A stretch of DNA of 64,000 nucleotides from Fervidobacterium sp. GTDB lineage: Bacteria; Thermotogota; Thermotogae; Thermotogales; Fervidobacteriaceae. Under the pieces are notes generated by a model that was given only the letters and a program-made list of their open reading frames with translations, did not search any database and was not told the origin of the DNA. This document shows, piece after piece, positions 21,384 to 31,205 of this stretch (the first letter of the stretch is position 1; each line of letters opens with the position of its first letter). A program made the position numbers and the translations under genes. The stretch lies in assembly GCA_049970055.1 (NCBI GenBank), contig JBMFNR010000001.1:128001-192000 (forward strand). The letters run 5' to 3'.

Positions 21384-21593
21384 TTACTCTTCTTGATAAT
21401 TCGGCGGAAGTATGATTTTTCTTTTGTATTCAAGGACCTTTTTAACAACTTCTTCAACAGGATCAGCTACAATGTATTTTTTTCCATTAAAAAGTGTAAT
21501 CGTAGTATCTGGATTGGCTTCTATTTTCTCTATATACTCGGCGTTTAAATAGAATTCTTTACCGTTCAATCCTGTAAGTTTTATCATTTTCAT
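21384..21593 (-). CDS. flbD: flagellar protein FlbD
   Basis: IKLTGLNGKEFYLNAEYIEKIEANPDTTITLFNG; located between flgE and motA. Confidence 0.9.
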   Translation of the reverse strand: MKMIKLTGLNGKEFYLNAEYIEKIEANPDTTITLFNGKKYIVADPVEEVVKKVLEYKRKIILPPNYQEE

Positions 21594-21629
21594 ACCTCAC
21601 TTCTTCTTTTATTATTTTGCTATTTCAGG

Positions 21630-23945
21630 TTATCTTCTCAAGTTAACAACTTCCTGCAATATCTGATCTGCCGTTGTTATTGTTCTAGCGTTCGCCTGAA
21701 AACCTCTTTGTGCGATTATCAACTTTGTGAATTCTTCTGAAAGATCTACATTAGACATTTCTAGTGCCCCAGCAATAAGTGACCCGAATCCACCTTTTCC
21801 AGGTTGTCCAATCCTTGCTGTACCACTGTTAGCGCTTTCTCCGTAAAGTGAATTGCCCATTTCCAATAGACCTGCGGGGTTATTAAATGTTGCAAGAGAA
21901 ACTTTCCCCAAAACATCAACAAGACCGTTCGTAAATGAACCGATTATATCGCCATTTTCATTTATTGAGAATGACTCTAATACTCCCTGTGCATTACCAT
22001 CTTGACTTTTTACAAACGCGTCAGCTAACGCCGCAAATTGTGTCATGCTGTTGAGATCGAGTTTTATTTTTACAATACCATCTCCATTTTCGCCGGCATT
22101 GAACATAATAGCATCTATATTTTCCCCTTCAGAAATTCTACCAGTTTCTGGATCAAATGAATTAACTCCCAAAAGTCTTCCTGTTTTATCAAATCTAACA
22201 ACTCCATACGTTCCACCTGTTATTTCTGTTCCCGTATCATAATTTGATAAGTATTTGATATTTTCACCTGAAGCGCTCCTTATCCTAAATGCCCATACAT
22301 TCTCTTTATCAGCGTACACGGAGGCGAGTTTCACAAAGTCGATGTATAACGTATACGGGTTACCAAGTGAGTCGTACACTTGCGTTGATGTTGTGTAGAA
22401 TGGTGATTTAAATGAAACTACTGAGAAATTTGTTGGGTTGTCCGCTTCATAAAACCTTGGTTCACCAGAACCTGGAATTGTCAATAAGTCAACTTTTGAT
22501 GGTTGGTAAACTTCGTCAATATACGAGTTCCCATTGATGAAGTTGTCGTCGTACAGTGTGTTCGTGCCATTGAGTAGTAAGACGTTGTATGTACCAATTA
22601 CATCCCCCTTTACACTATTTCTAACAGTTCTTATTACTCCGTATTTTCCTTGCGTATATTCAAATGAAATCTTGCCATTGCCACTTCCATCATCCGTTGC
22701 AGTGACTACTTCGGAACCAAAAACTTTGCCATTTATCATAATCTTTACTCTGTATTGTATTCCCGGAACAAGTGAAGCATCAGCTATCGTTTGTGTGCCT
22801 GCTGCTGTTATATCTTGTGGAGCAAGAGTGGTTGGTGTTCCATCGAGATTCTCAACAATGTATTGAACTATAAAGTTTCTTGAAAGTTGCCCATTAGCCG
22901 GAGACGTTGTTGTTTGATAATCAAATTGTGTATCAACAGGTGAAACTTCCTGTGTTGAAGCTGCTATCTCAACACTATAAGTATTGCCATCAATTAACTT
23001 TTCAGAAGTGATTGCTTCTGTAACCGAGCCATTTAAAACATTACGAGAAAGTGTATCAATTATTTTTCCATTGCTATCTCTGATTATAAACAAGTAATTT
23101 CCATCTTGTTGTTGTATGGGATTTGTGAGTGTGAGTGTTCCACCTGATGCCGTTCCCGATAATTTCTGTTTTATTGCACCAGCACTCACGACGTTGCCAA
23201 ATTTATCAAATTTCATGTAAACTTTTCCGTCTAACTTATCGTCTAAATTGGCATCTATTTTTCCCATGTAAATCTGATAATCTCCAAATACATCGCTGAG
23301 TCCTCCAAGATCTCGTTCAAATGTGACTTTCGTGTTTATTGTACGACCGCCGTATCCATTTATAGCGATAACAAATTTTTCTGGGCCCACTCTTGCGTCC
23401 AAATTACCTGCAAGTGTCATCCTTGATGTCTGCTTAGCTGCCATTCCCAACCCTGCAGAAATTTGTATGTCACTAATGGGCTTGTTTGTGTCAACGTACC
23501 TTCTACCAGACATAGGATCTACTTCGGCAACCCAACCTTGCAATTTCAAACCCGTTGTTGGTTGAACCACGGTACCATTTAAATCAAGATCAAAATTTCC
23601 AGATCGTGTATAGAAATATCTTTGACCATTCGAAAGTATGAAGAAACCTTCACCCTGTATTGCAAGATCTGTCTTTTTACCAGTATTCTGGAAGCTACCT
23701 TGATTCATTATCTTGTCTATCGATGCAACTCTCATACCGTATCCGATCTGTTTCGGATTTGTACCGCCAGTATTATTCGATGCCCTCTTTGACATGTCTA
23801 ATATCTGTGAGAAATTTGTTGCATATGTGACACGTGCGCCTTTGAAACCTATCGTGTTAACGTTTGCAATGTTATTACTTACAACATCTATCTCCTGCTG
23901 AAATCCCTGAAGACCAGAAACACCACTGTAAAGAGACCTCATCAT
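21630..23945 (-). CDS. flgE: flagellar hook protein FlgE (large central insertion)
   Basis: MMRSLYSGVSG..NNIANVNT.GFK, TDLAIQGEGFF, YTRSGNF, VYDSLG, LEMSNVDLSEEF..AQRGFQAN. Confidence 0.95.
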   Translation of the reverse strand: MMRSLYSGVSGLQGFQQEIDVVSNNIANVNTIGFKGARVTYATNFSQILDMSKRASNNTGGTNPKQIGYGMRVASIDKIMNQGSFQNTGKKTDLAIQGEGFFILSNGQRYFYTRSGNFDLDLNGTVVQPTTGLKLQGWVAEVDPMSGRRYVDTNKPISDIQISAGLGMAAKQTSRMTLAGNLDARVGPEKFVIAINGYGGRTINTKVTFERDLGGLSDVFGDYQIYMGKIDANLDDKLDGKVYMKFDKFGNVVSAGAIKQKLSGTASGGTLTLTNPIQQQDGNYLFIIRDSNGKIIDTLSRNVLNGSVTEAITSEKLIDGNTYSVEIAASTQEVSPVDTQFDYQTTTSPANGQLSRNFIVQYIVENLDGTPTTLAPQDITAAGTQTIADASLVPGIQYRVKIMINGKVFGSEVVTATDDGSGNGKISFEYTQGKYGVIRTVRNSVKGDVIGTYNVLLLNGTNTLYDDNFINGNSYIDEVYQPSKVDLLTIPGSGEPRFYEADNPTNFSVVSFKSPFYTTSTQVYDSLGNPYTLYIDFVKLASVYADKENVWAFRIRSASGENIKYLSNYDTGTEITGGTYGVVRFDKTGRLLGVNSFDPETGRISEGENIDAIMFNAGENGDGIVKIKLDLNSMTQFAALADAFVKSQDGNAQGVLESFSINENGDIIGSFTNGLVDVLGKVSLATFNNPAGLLEMGNSLYGESANSGTARIGQPGKGGFGSLIAGALEMSNVDLSEEFTKLIIAQRGFQANARTITTADQILQEVVNLRR

Positions 23946-23958
23946 ATATCAATCACCC

Positions 23959-24615
23959 CTATGCATAGATTTCTGATATCTCTGAAATATCGTAGATTTT
24001 GCTATTAACCACTACGTTTATCTTACCACTATCGAATTGAACACCTGATACTGTTCCACTCTCAACACTGGGTATCTCATCATACCCACCATCGGGTTTA
24101 ATCTTTAAAATTCTAAATATATACTTACCATCCTTGACTTTCAGTCCTTTATCATCTTTCCCATCCCAAGCGAATAATTGCAAGCCAGCTTCTACTTGAC
24201 CTATTTTTTCTTCTTTAATAAGTTTTCCATTTGAATCAAATATCTTAATAACTATGTTTGAAGGTGTATCGACATTAAATACTTTCGACTCTGCCACACC
24301 ATTTTCAACATTTATCACGTTTGTTTTTACAACAGCTGTCTTTCCTATCATTGAAACTGCCTGGGTTCTGTAGAGCTGTGAAGCCGTGTCTACAAATGAC
24401 TGAACTGACTTGCTCATGTTCATTATCTGTTCTAGTGAAGAAAGCTGCGACATCTGTGCTATAAAGTCCCTATCTTTCATAGGTTCCAGTGGATCTTGAC
24501 TTTTCAATTGTGTTATGAGTAATCTTAAGAATGCTTCCTTGTCCAAGTCCTTCTTAGTAATCCTTTCGGATGTTGTTGAGAATAAATTAGATGTCGCGCT
24601 CACGTTCATCATCAT
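23959..24615 (-). CDS. flgD: flagellar hook capping protein FlgD
   Basis: FLRLLITQLKSQDPLEPM..FIAQMSQLSSLEQ; FlgD-Ig motif WDGKD..G..V.DG.Y. Confidence 0.95.
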   Translation of the reverse strand: MMMNVSATSNLFSTTSERITKKDLDKEAFLRLLITQLKSQDPLEPMKDRDFIAQMSQLSSLEQIMNMSKSVQSFVDTASQLYRTQAVSMIGKTAVVKTNVINVENGVAESKVFNVDTPSNIVIKIFDSNGKLIKEEKIGQVEAGLQLFAWDGKDDKGLKVKDGKYIFRILKIKPDGGYDEIPSVESGTVSGVQFDSGKINVVVNSKIYDISEISEIYA

Positions 24616-27280
24616 CTTGGGTCACCTCTTCGTAAGTATATTTTCTTTTTTGATTTCCTTCATTGTGTTCTCTGTGTTGTCCATGTTGAGAATTTCTGTC
24701 GTGCTCATAGTATTTTTCATCTTCTTTTACCCTTATCTCCACACTTCTAACTTCAAAGTCAAGGTTTGCTAGTCTTTCACGAAGCACTTGAATACTTTTT
24801 TCCAACATTTCCTTTGCTTTCTCGTTTTCCGTAATGAAGGTAATGGATAACTGCCTTCCTTCTTTCTTTAATTCAACATCCAAATTACCTAGATTTTCTG
24901 GAACTAATTTCATTTGTACTCTTTCTTCGCGCATATTTGATAATGAGAATTCCTTTATTCTTTCGTATATCTGTTCAAGATTTCTCGATGCTTGGAGTCT
25001 TTCTGCAAGATCTAACTTATTGGTTTGAGTTGAATGACTTTCCATATTTTGGTCTGCTGCTTTGTAAGTCAATTGAGCTAATCTTTCAACAAACTTATCC
25101 GAAATCTTTGGTTTTTCTTCAGATAAGTTCGAGGAATTTGTATCGTTGATTTTTTCTTTGTACTCAACTTTAAAAGAAGATACTTCCAAATTATTTTTCA
25201 ACGATTCGCCCGGAAAATTCCTAAGACTGTTTTGCTGATCAGTTTCACTCAGACTTGGATTGCCCTTTGAATTTATTGTTGAAAGTACATTTAACGGTGA
25301 CTTTTGAAAATCTTGCTGGACGGTATTTTGTTCATAATTTGGTTTCACATTTTGAGTTCCAAACTTAACTAAACCATTTAAACTGTCAAAGCTTTCAATA
25401 TTCTTCTTTTCAAATACCACTTCTCTTTCCTGAACTTCTAACCTTGCTTTATTTTCCCCAGATTTTTTATAGTTGCCTCTTAGCAGCTGTGTTTCTTGTA
25501 TTATTCTAATCTCCTTTACCATATCCGACAGTTTTCGACTGGAATCTTCAATGCTTTCGACTTTAAAATTACCTTTACTATTCACCATGATTAAACGCGG
25601 TAAATTGATCAAATCCAGTGGATTGACGGGACTATTTATAGTATGTTTACCATTCATAGTGCTGAGCGGGTCAGCTGTAACGTTATTTAAATAGTTGCTT
25701 CTTTTAGTAAATGTCTCTGAAGATTTATTCGAATAGACAAGTTTTGGTGTGCTTTCTTCTTTTGAAGTGATAACAATACTCGGGATTCCAGAAATGTTTT
25801 GAAAAGCACTTAGTTCATTAATCTGGTTTGAAAGATTTCTTATCTGGTTTACGTATGTATCTATTTTGACGCTGTAAACTTTATCTACTTTTTTATCAAC
25901 TTTATCCTCTTTCCATGTTGATCGAATAAAAGTGTCATCCGTGTCCACCCATTTACTCGATCTTTCATCCGTTATTGATGAGCTTTTTCTCTCTGGTTCA
26001 TTTGTAACGATCTTTGCAATTTTCTCCTTTGTTATTTCATATTGCCCAAATTCAAACATTTTAGAATCTGCATCTTCTTTAGTATTTGCTAAGGCATTTT
26101 CTTTGATGCTTTCATTTAGTAATTTTTTAGTGTTCGAATTTCTTGCCGGTACTTTTATTGTTTCTTCAGTTTTAGAGCTTAATATATTACCATCCTGTTT
26201 GTTTTGCCGCACTAAATTGTATGTTTCAGTGTGTTGTACGTGAGGTTGAATTATCTCACTTTGAGTATGTGGATTTTTGTTTCCAGATTTGATACTTTCT
26301 TGATCTTTCTCATGAACATTTTCTGTAATTTTTTGTTTTACCTCTTTACTCTCGTAATTTTTGTGATCTTCGTAAAGTAAATTCAAATTTTTCGTGGGAA
26401 CATTTTCTTTTAAGTTTACAGTATGGCTCTGAATCACGGGCGTAGTTGCTTTTTTGTTGTATTCTTTTTCAGGTTGATTGCCTATCGATTTTGAGTGTTC
26501 ATTAAAAACTGAGTTTCTTGATTGGTATTGTTTCTCGTTATAATTGATATCAGTCGTTCTGGTATATTGCTTTTCTAATTTATTGTCAGCATTTTCCAAA
26601 TTGTCATTATTTGGATTACTGCTTTTCGCAAGATGAACTTCAGTACCTTTGGCATCTTCAAATGTTTGGTGTATGTTAGAATAGTTTTGTTTCTTATCCG
26701 TACTCTGAGAGTCACTTTTGGGTAAATCACTCAATTTCTTGAGAACTTCGGAAAGTTGCTCTTTTTCATCGTTTTCAATATCATTTCTAAACGTGTTAAC
26801 TGTATTTACTTCAGTTGTTTTTTCTGTTTCGTTAATAGTTTTTTTAGTCATATCAACCACTGACTTTCCAGTGATTTTCGCACTTTCATCCCTTGTAATT
26901 GTGTTTTGTGAAAGTTTATTCTTCTCGCTAGGTAAATCTTGATTTTTTTGAATCTGTTCAGATGTTTGCTGCTGTGTGTGTTGCAAGATTTCAGATGAAT
27001 ATTTACCCGGGTTTACCGTTGCTTTTTGACTGATTTGGACGTTTTCATTTTTTCCAGAAAGTGATGTATTTATATTATTTGCATCTTTTTGATTTACCTT
27101 TTGATTTGTTTTTTCCAAGGAATTCATCTGACTAATAATTTTCTGCAAGATCTCATCAAATGTCTTGCCAACATTTTGATCAGCATTTTCGATTTGATTT
27201 ATCACATTTTGGATAACTTCTGGACTTTGAGCTTGACTCTGAGTTTGAATAAGTTTAGATAGGTTTGCTATTTTAATCAA
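24587..27280 (-). CDS. fliK: flagellar hook-length control protein FliK
   Basis: Long low-complexity N/Q/S/T/K-rich region; C-terminal MKLVPENLGNLDVEL..LSITFITEN domain; directly upstream of flgD. Confidence 0.85.
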   Translation of the reverse strand: MIKIANLSKLIQTQSQAQSPEVIQNVINQIENADQNVGKTFDEILQKIISQMNSLEKTNQKVNQKDANNINTSLSGKNENVQISQKATVNPGKYSSEILQHTQQQTSEQIQKNQDLPSEKNKLSQNTITRDESAKITGKSVVDMTKKTINETEKTTEVNTVNTFRNDIENDEKEQLSEVLKKLSDLPKSDSQSTDKKQNYSNIHQTFEDAKGTEVHLAKSSNPNNDNLENADNKLEKQYTRTTDINYNEKQYQSRNSVFNEHSKSIGNQPEKEYNKKATTPVIQSHTVNLKENVPTKNLNLLYEDHKNYESKEVKQKITENVHEKDQESIKSGNKNPHTQSEIIQPHVQHTETYNLVRQNKQDGNILSSKTEETIKVPARNSNTKKLLNESIKENALANTKEDADSKMFEFGQYEITKEKIAKIVTNEPERKSSSITDERSSKWVDTDDTFIRSTWKEDKVDKKVDKVYSVKIDTYVNQIRNLSNQINELSAFQNISGIPSIVITSKEESTPKLVYSNKSSETFTKRSNYLNNVTADPLSTMNGKHTINSPVNPLDLINLPRLIMVNSKGNFKVESIEDSSRKLSDMVKEIRIIQETQLLRGNYKKSGENKARLEVQEREVVFEKKNIESFDSLNGLVKFGTQNVKPNYEQNTVQQDFQKSPLNVLSTINSKGNPSLSETDQQNSLRNFPGESLKNNLEVSSFKVEYKEKINDTNSSNLSEEKPKISDKFVERLAQLTYKAADQNMESHSTQTNKLDLAERLQASRNLEQIYERIKEFSLSNMREERVQMKLVPENLGNLDVELKKEGRQLSITFITENEKAKEMLEKSIQVLRERLANLDFEVRSVEIRVKEDEKYYEHDRNSQHGQHREHNEGNQKRKYTYEEVTQDDDERERDI

Positions 27281-28221
27281 AATTTAGCCCCCCTGTTCAT
27301 GATTTCTATGAATAACTCCTCTTCCTTATCCTTTATGTCTTTCAATAGTCTTACCATTGTTGCATTATCTACATTGGAAAGTACATAGAAGACAAGATCT
27401 GGTCGAGATTTGATTTTAAGAATAAAATTCCACAATTCATCGTAATTCATGTCCCTCAAGAAAGCGGATACACCTTTGCTAAAGCCACTGAGTGTAACGA
27501 GCTCTGCTTCTGTGTTTACCATGTCGGATATTGCATTTTTCAGTTCTTCTACTTTGAAATCTATATCACTTATAATCTGATCGACACCGCCCATTTTTTC
27601 AACGACCTGAGCTGCTTTGGTTGGATTGATAGATGTGAGTTGTTGCAACATTTCCGCTCTTGTGTCAGATGGTAATTTCGAGAAAACAATTGCAAGTGTT
27701 TCAACTGACATATTATCAGCATTCATCAACCTTCTAAGTTGTGCAGGATCAGAGTTTAAAAACGTATCGACTATATCTTGTAATCGTTTCAAAGTAACTG
27801 TATCTTGTACCTTGCTTAATTCTTCTTTTAATTTTTTCTCTTTCCAGCTTTCTTCCACAGCTTTAATGGAACTAAATAGCTTATCGACCTGCGCCTCTTT
27901 ATCGGCAAGTGCCTTTTCTTTATTTTCTATTTCTTTCATACTGCTTTCAAGTTGCTGGCTGTACTCGTTGTAAATTTTCTCAAAATATTCTCTTGCCGTC
28001 ATAACTTCGAGGCTTTCGTAATTTACAAAATTCTTTACAAAAGGTATTTTTGAAAACAAATAACTAACGTAACTTCGCCATGCTTGAAATACACTCACAT
28101 TTTCACCGTACAATTGTTTCACGAGAAAAGATGAATAACCATAAAAAAACAATATCGTCAAGATCAAAATAGCAAGCAAAATTCCAAGCAGAATTTTCAA
28201 CACATTCGATATTTTTGGCAT
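27277..28221 (-). CDS. MotE/YlxF-like flagellar protein (N-terminal TM, coiled coil, MgtE-N-like helical domain)
   Basis: Upstream of fliK; RAEMLQQLTSINPTKAAQVV-type helical repeats. Confidence 0.6.
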   Translation of the reverse strand: MPKISNVLKILLGILLAILILTILFFYGYSSFLVKQLYGENVSVFQAWRSYVSYLFSKIPFVKNFVNYESLEVMTAREYFEKIYNEYSQQLESSMKEIENKEKALADKEAQVDKLFSSIKAVEESWKEKKLKEELSKVQDTVTLKRLQDIVDTFLNSDPAQLRRLMNADNMSVETLAIVFSKLPSDTRAEMLQQLTSINPTKAAQVVEKMGGVDQIISDIDFKVEELKNAISDMVNTEAELVTLSGFSKGVSAFLRDMNYDELWNFILKIKSRPDLVFYVLSNVDNATMVRLLKDIKDKEEELFIEIMNRGAKF

Positions 28222-28299
28222 CTATCCACCCCACTGTGATGTTATCTACCAACTTATTTTTCTTCTACGACACATTAGATTCCTAAAATAGTAAAATAA

Positions 28300-28326
28300 A
28301 AGCGGGCCGGTTTTACAGCCCGCTTC
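28300..28326 (-). terminator. intrinsic terminator after the EF-G-like gene
   Basis: AAGCGGGC...GCCCGCTT stem followed by a U-rich tract on the minus strand. Confidence 0.7.
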
Positions 28327-28365
28327 TGTATTTCTAAATTACGATTATACTTCGATTAACTTTGT

Positions 28366-30423
28366 TTACTCTTCTTGTTGTTCTTCAAGGTACTTCTTAC
28401 GTTCTGCTATTATCTTTTCTTGTATGTTTGGTGGTACAACATCGTATTTTTCAAATCTCATCGTGAAGTAGCCTCTACCACTTGTTATTGATGAAAGTCT
28501 TCCTTGGAAATCAAGCATCTCGGCGAGCGGTACTTCCGCTTTAACAACAGTTATACCCTTACCAGCGGGTTCCATTCCCATCGGTCTACCTCTTCGTGAA
28601 CTAATGTCACCCATTACATCTCCAGCGTTTTCATCTGGTGTGAAAACTTCAACGTACATTACCGGTTCGAGAATCACAGGTTTGGCCTGCTGCATACCTT
28701 TTTTAAAGGCTTGTATTGCCGCTATTTGGAATGAAATATCTGATGAGTCAACCTCATGATACGAACCATCGAACAGGGTAACGCGTACATCTACAACTGG
28801 ATAAGCTGCAAGGACTCCTTTTTTCATAGCCTCACGGATGCCTTTTTCAACAGATGGTATAAAGTTCCTTGGGATAACTCCACCAACTATCTTATCAACA
28901 AATTCAAAACCTGTACCACGTTCTGCTGGTTCAATTAAAATCTTGACATGACCATATTGACCGTGACCACCTGATTGCTTTTTGTGCTTATGTTCAGCTT
29001 CCGCACGACCAAGTACCGTTTCTCTGTATGCAATCTTTGGCTTACCGACTTCCACATCTACACCGAATATATTTTTCAGTCTTTCAACCATAACATCAAG
29101 GTGCATACCACCAATACCAGAGATAACAGTTTCAGATGTTTCTGGATCAAATTCCCACGCGAATGTTGGATCTGAATCTGCAAGCCGGCTCAAACCATTG
29201 CTGATTTTATCGATATCTGACTTTGACTTTGGATTAACACTCTTTGAAATCATAGGTTCTGGATAACTTGGAGAAATAATTGTGAGCTTTCGATCTTTGT
29301 GTGTTATCGTATCTTTAACACCACTATCTTTAAGCTTTGGAAGAACCACGATATCGCCGCAAGAAGCTTCCTCAACTTCATATGTATCTTTACCTTTAGC
29401 AAAGTACACATGTCCTACCTTTTCCTGAGTATTTCTTGTTACATTATTAAAAGTATCACCAGGTTTCATGGTACCTGAAATAATCTTAATAAAGCTTAAC
29501 TTACCAACGAATGGATCGACCACAGCTTTAAAAGTGTATCCTACAAGAGGATCACTTTCAGAGGGTACCACTTCGACTTCGTCTCCACTTTCAAGTTGGG
29601 CTTTGTAAGGTTTAGTTTCAAGTGGAGAGGCACCAACTAAATTTATAGCTTTAAGTAAAAAGTCGACACCAATGTTTTTTTCTGCAGAACCTGCAAGTAC
29701 TGGTACAACCTGTCTGCTAATGAAACCTTTTCTTAAAGCATTCCAGAGTTCTTCTGGAGTGATCGGTTCTTCCGCAAAGTACTTTTCCATCAATGCATCG
29801 TCTAACGAAACGATGTCTTCCATTATCGACATCTTTAGTTCCTCGACCTTATCTTTAAATTCCGCTGGGATATCAGATTCTTTTACTTTACCGTTTTCGT
29901 AGACGTAAGACTTTCCAGAGAGTAAATCAACAATTCCTCTGAAGTTTGCTTCCTGCCCTATTGGGTAAACGATGGGCACGATTTTCTGTTCGAATCTTTC
30001 TTTCAGTGATGAGATTGAATTTTCAAAATTTGCCCTTTCCTTATCCATCTGATTTATAAAAACCATTATTGGTTTTTCCATCTCCGTTGCAAGTGCCCAT
30101 GTTCTTTCAGTTTGAATTTCAACTCCAGCGGTTGCATTAACGACACTAACTACATTTTCAGATACAAATACAGCACTTATAACTTCTCCGATGAAATCGC
30201 TGAAACCAGGTGTATCTATCAAAGTAATCTGCTTTCCTTCAAATTTGAAAGTTCCTACGTGCGAGTTTATACTCGCACCCCTTTGCACCTCTATCGGGTC
30301 AGAATCTATATCTTTTTTCGTTACGTTAAACCCACCAAGGTTTAATACACTAATAATCAATGTAGACTTACCAGAGCCGTTATGTCCTACAAGCACTACC
30401 GTGCGCTTGTCCTTTGCAACCAT
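28366..30423 (-). CDS. elongation factor G paralog (EF-G2 type)
   Basis: Full EF-G architecture (KKQSGGHGQYG, DGSYHEVDSS, ILEP) with divergent G-motifs GHNGSGKS, RGASINS, DTPGFSDF, NQMD. Confidence 0.9.
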   Translation of the reverse strand: MVAKDKRTVVLVGHNGSGKSTLIISVLNLGGFNVTKKDIDSDPIEVQRGASINSHVGTFKFEGKQITLIDTPGFSDFIGEVISAVFVSENVVSVVNATAGVEIQTERTWALATEMEKPIMVFINQMDKERANFENSISSLKERFEQKIVPIVYPIGQEANFRGIVDLLSGKSYVYENGKVKESDIPAEFKDKVEELKMSIMEDIVSLDDALMEKYFAEEPITPEELWNALRKGFISRQVVPVLAGSAEKNIGVDFLLKAINLVGASPLETKPYKAQLESGDEVEVVPSESDPLVGYTFKAVVDPFVGKLSFIKIISGTMKPGDTFNNVTRNTQEKVGHVYFAKGKDTYEVEEASCGDIVVLPKLKDSGVKDTITHKDRKLTIISPSYPEPMISKSVNPKSKSDIDKISNGLSRLADSDPTFAWEFDPETSETVISGIGGMHLDVMVERLKNIFGVDVEVGKPKIAYRETVLGRAEAEHKHKKQSGGHGQYGHVKILIEPAERGTGFEFVDKIVGGVIPRNFIPSVEKGIREAMKKGVLAAYPVVDVRVTLFDGSYHEVDSSDISFQIAAIQAFKKGMQQAKPVILEPVMYVEVFTPDENAGDVMGDISSRRGRPMGMEPAGKGITVVKAEVPLAEMLDFQGRLSSITSGRGYFTMRFEKYDVVPPNIQEKIIAERKKYLEEQQEE

Positions 30424-30491
30424 TTCCCCACCTCCAACGGTTATTGTATAGTTATTGTAAAGTTTTTTAGGTAAAAATACATCGTTTTAAT

Positions 30492-30519
30492 ATTTTACCA
30501 GAATATTTCTTTTTTTCAA
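30492..30519 (-). promoter_or_regulatory. sigma70-type promoter of the EF-G2 gene
   Basis: TTGAAA-16 nt-TAAAAT with TG extension. Confidence 0.6.
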
Positions 30520-30554
30520 AGTCTGTATCTTCATTCCAGGAACTTCCACAGAGA

Positions 30555-31085
30555 CTAATAATGTTTTTTAACCTTATAATGCATGTTTATTGTACCTTTA
30601 TCATTCAATTTTCTTATATTTTCCAAAACTAAATCATATTTCTTTTCAATTTTATCGGAAAACACATTTATGTTTCCTGGTAATAAGATGGGTTCCACAG
30701 TTATGTGTAAATCCGTAACTATTCCACTGATCATGAACTGAGTGAACACGCTCTGTCCACCAATAACACTTATACTCTCGTAACCCATGGAACTAAGTCT
30801 ATCAACAACATCTTCGACATCGCCTGACATTATAACTTCTGGTACACTTAGGTTCACCTGTGAAAAATATTCTGAACTTTTACTAGTCAAAACGATATTC
30901 AATCTTCCCGGCAAGTTTCTTCCAATACTCTCGTAAGTTTTTCTACCCATCACCACGACTCCGGTCTCCGTTGTAATCTGTTTGAATAAAGCCTTATCTT
31001 CTTTACTTGACCATCGAACGTTGTCATATTCGCTCGTTGCAATTATGCCTCTTACATCTGTTACAACGACCAGGTGAACACGCAT
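30555..31085 (-). CDS. folA: dihydrofolate reductase
   Basis: WSSKEDKALFKQIT, VVMGRKTYESIGRNLPGRLNIVLT, VIGG..VF, ITVEP (Thermotoga-type DHFR). Confidence 0.92.
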   Translation of the reverse strand: MRVHLVVVTDVRGIIATSEYDNVRWSSKEDKALFKQITTETGVVVMGRKTYESIGRNLPGRLNIVLTSKSSEYFSQVNLSVPEVIMSGDVEDVVDRLSSMGYESISVIGGQSVFTQFMISGIVTDLHITVEPILLPGNINVFSDKIEKKYDLVLENIRKLNDKGTINMHYKVKKHY

Positions 31086-31159
31086 ACAATGCCTCCAAGA
31101 AACAGAGAAAAATCATTTTATATGCTTGTTTAATTATAGCATATATATAATAAAAAGAC

Positions 31160-31183
31160 AACGCCAGGCATCTGCCTGGCGTT
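31160..31183 (-). terminator. intrinsic terminator after groL
   Basis: AACGCCAGGCA-TC-TGCCTGGCGTT, followed on the minus strand by GTCTTTTT. Confidence 0.8.
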
Positions 31184-31205
31184 ATGTTTCGCATTAGTTT
31201 ATCTA

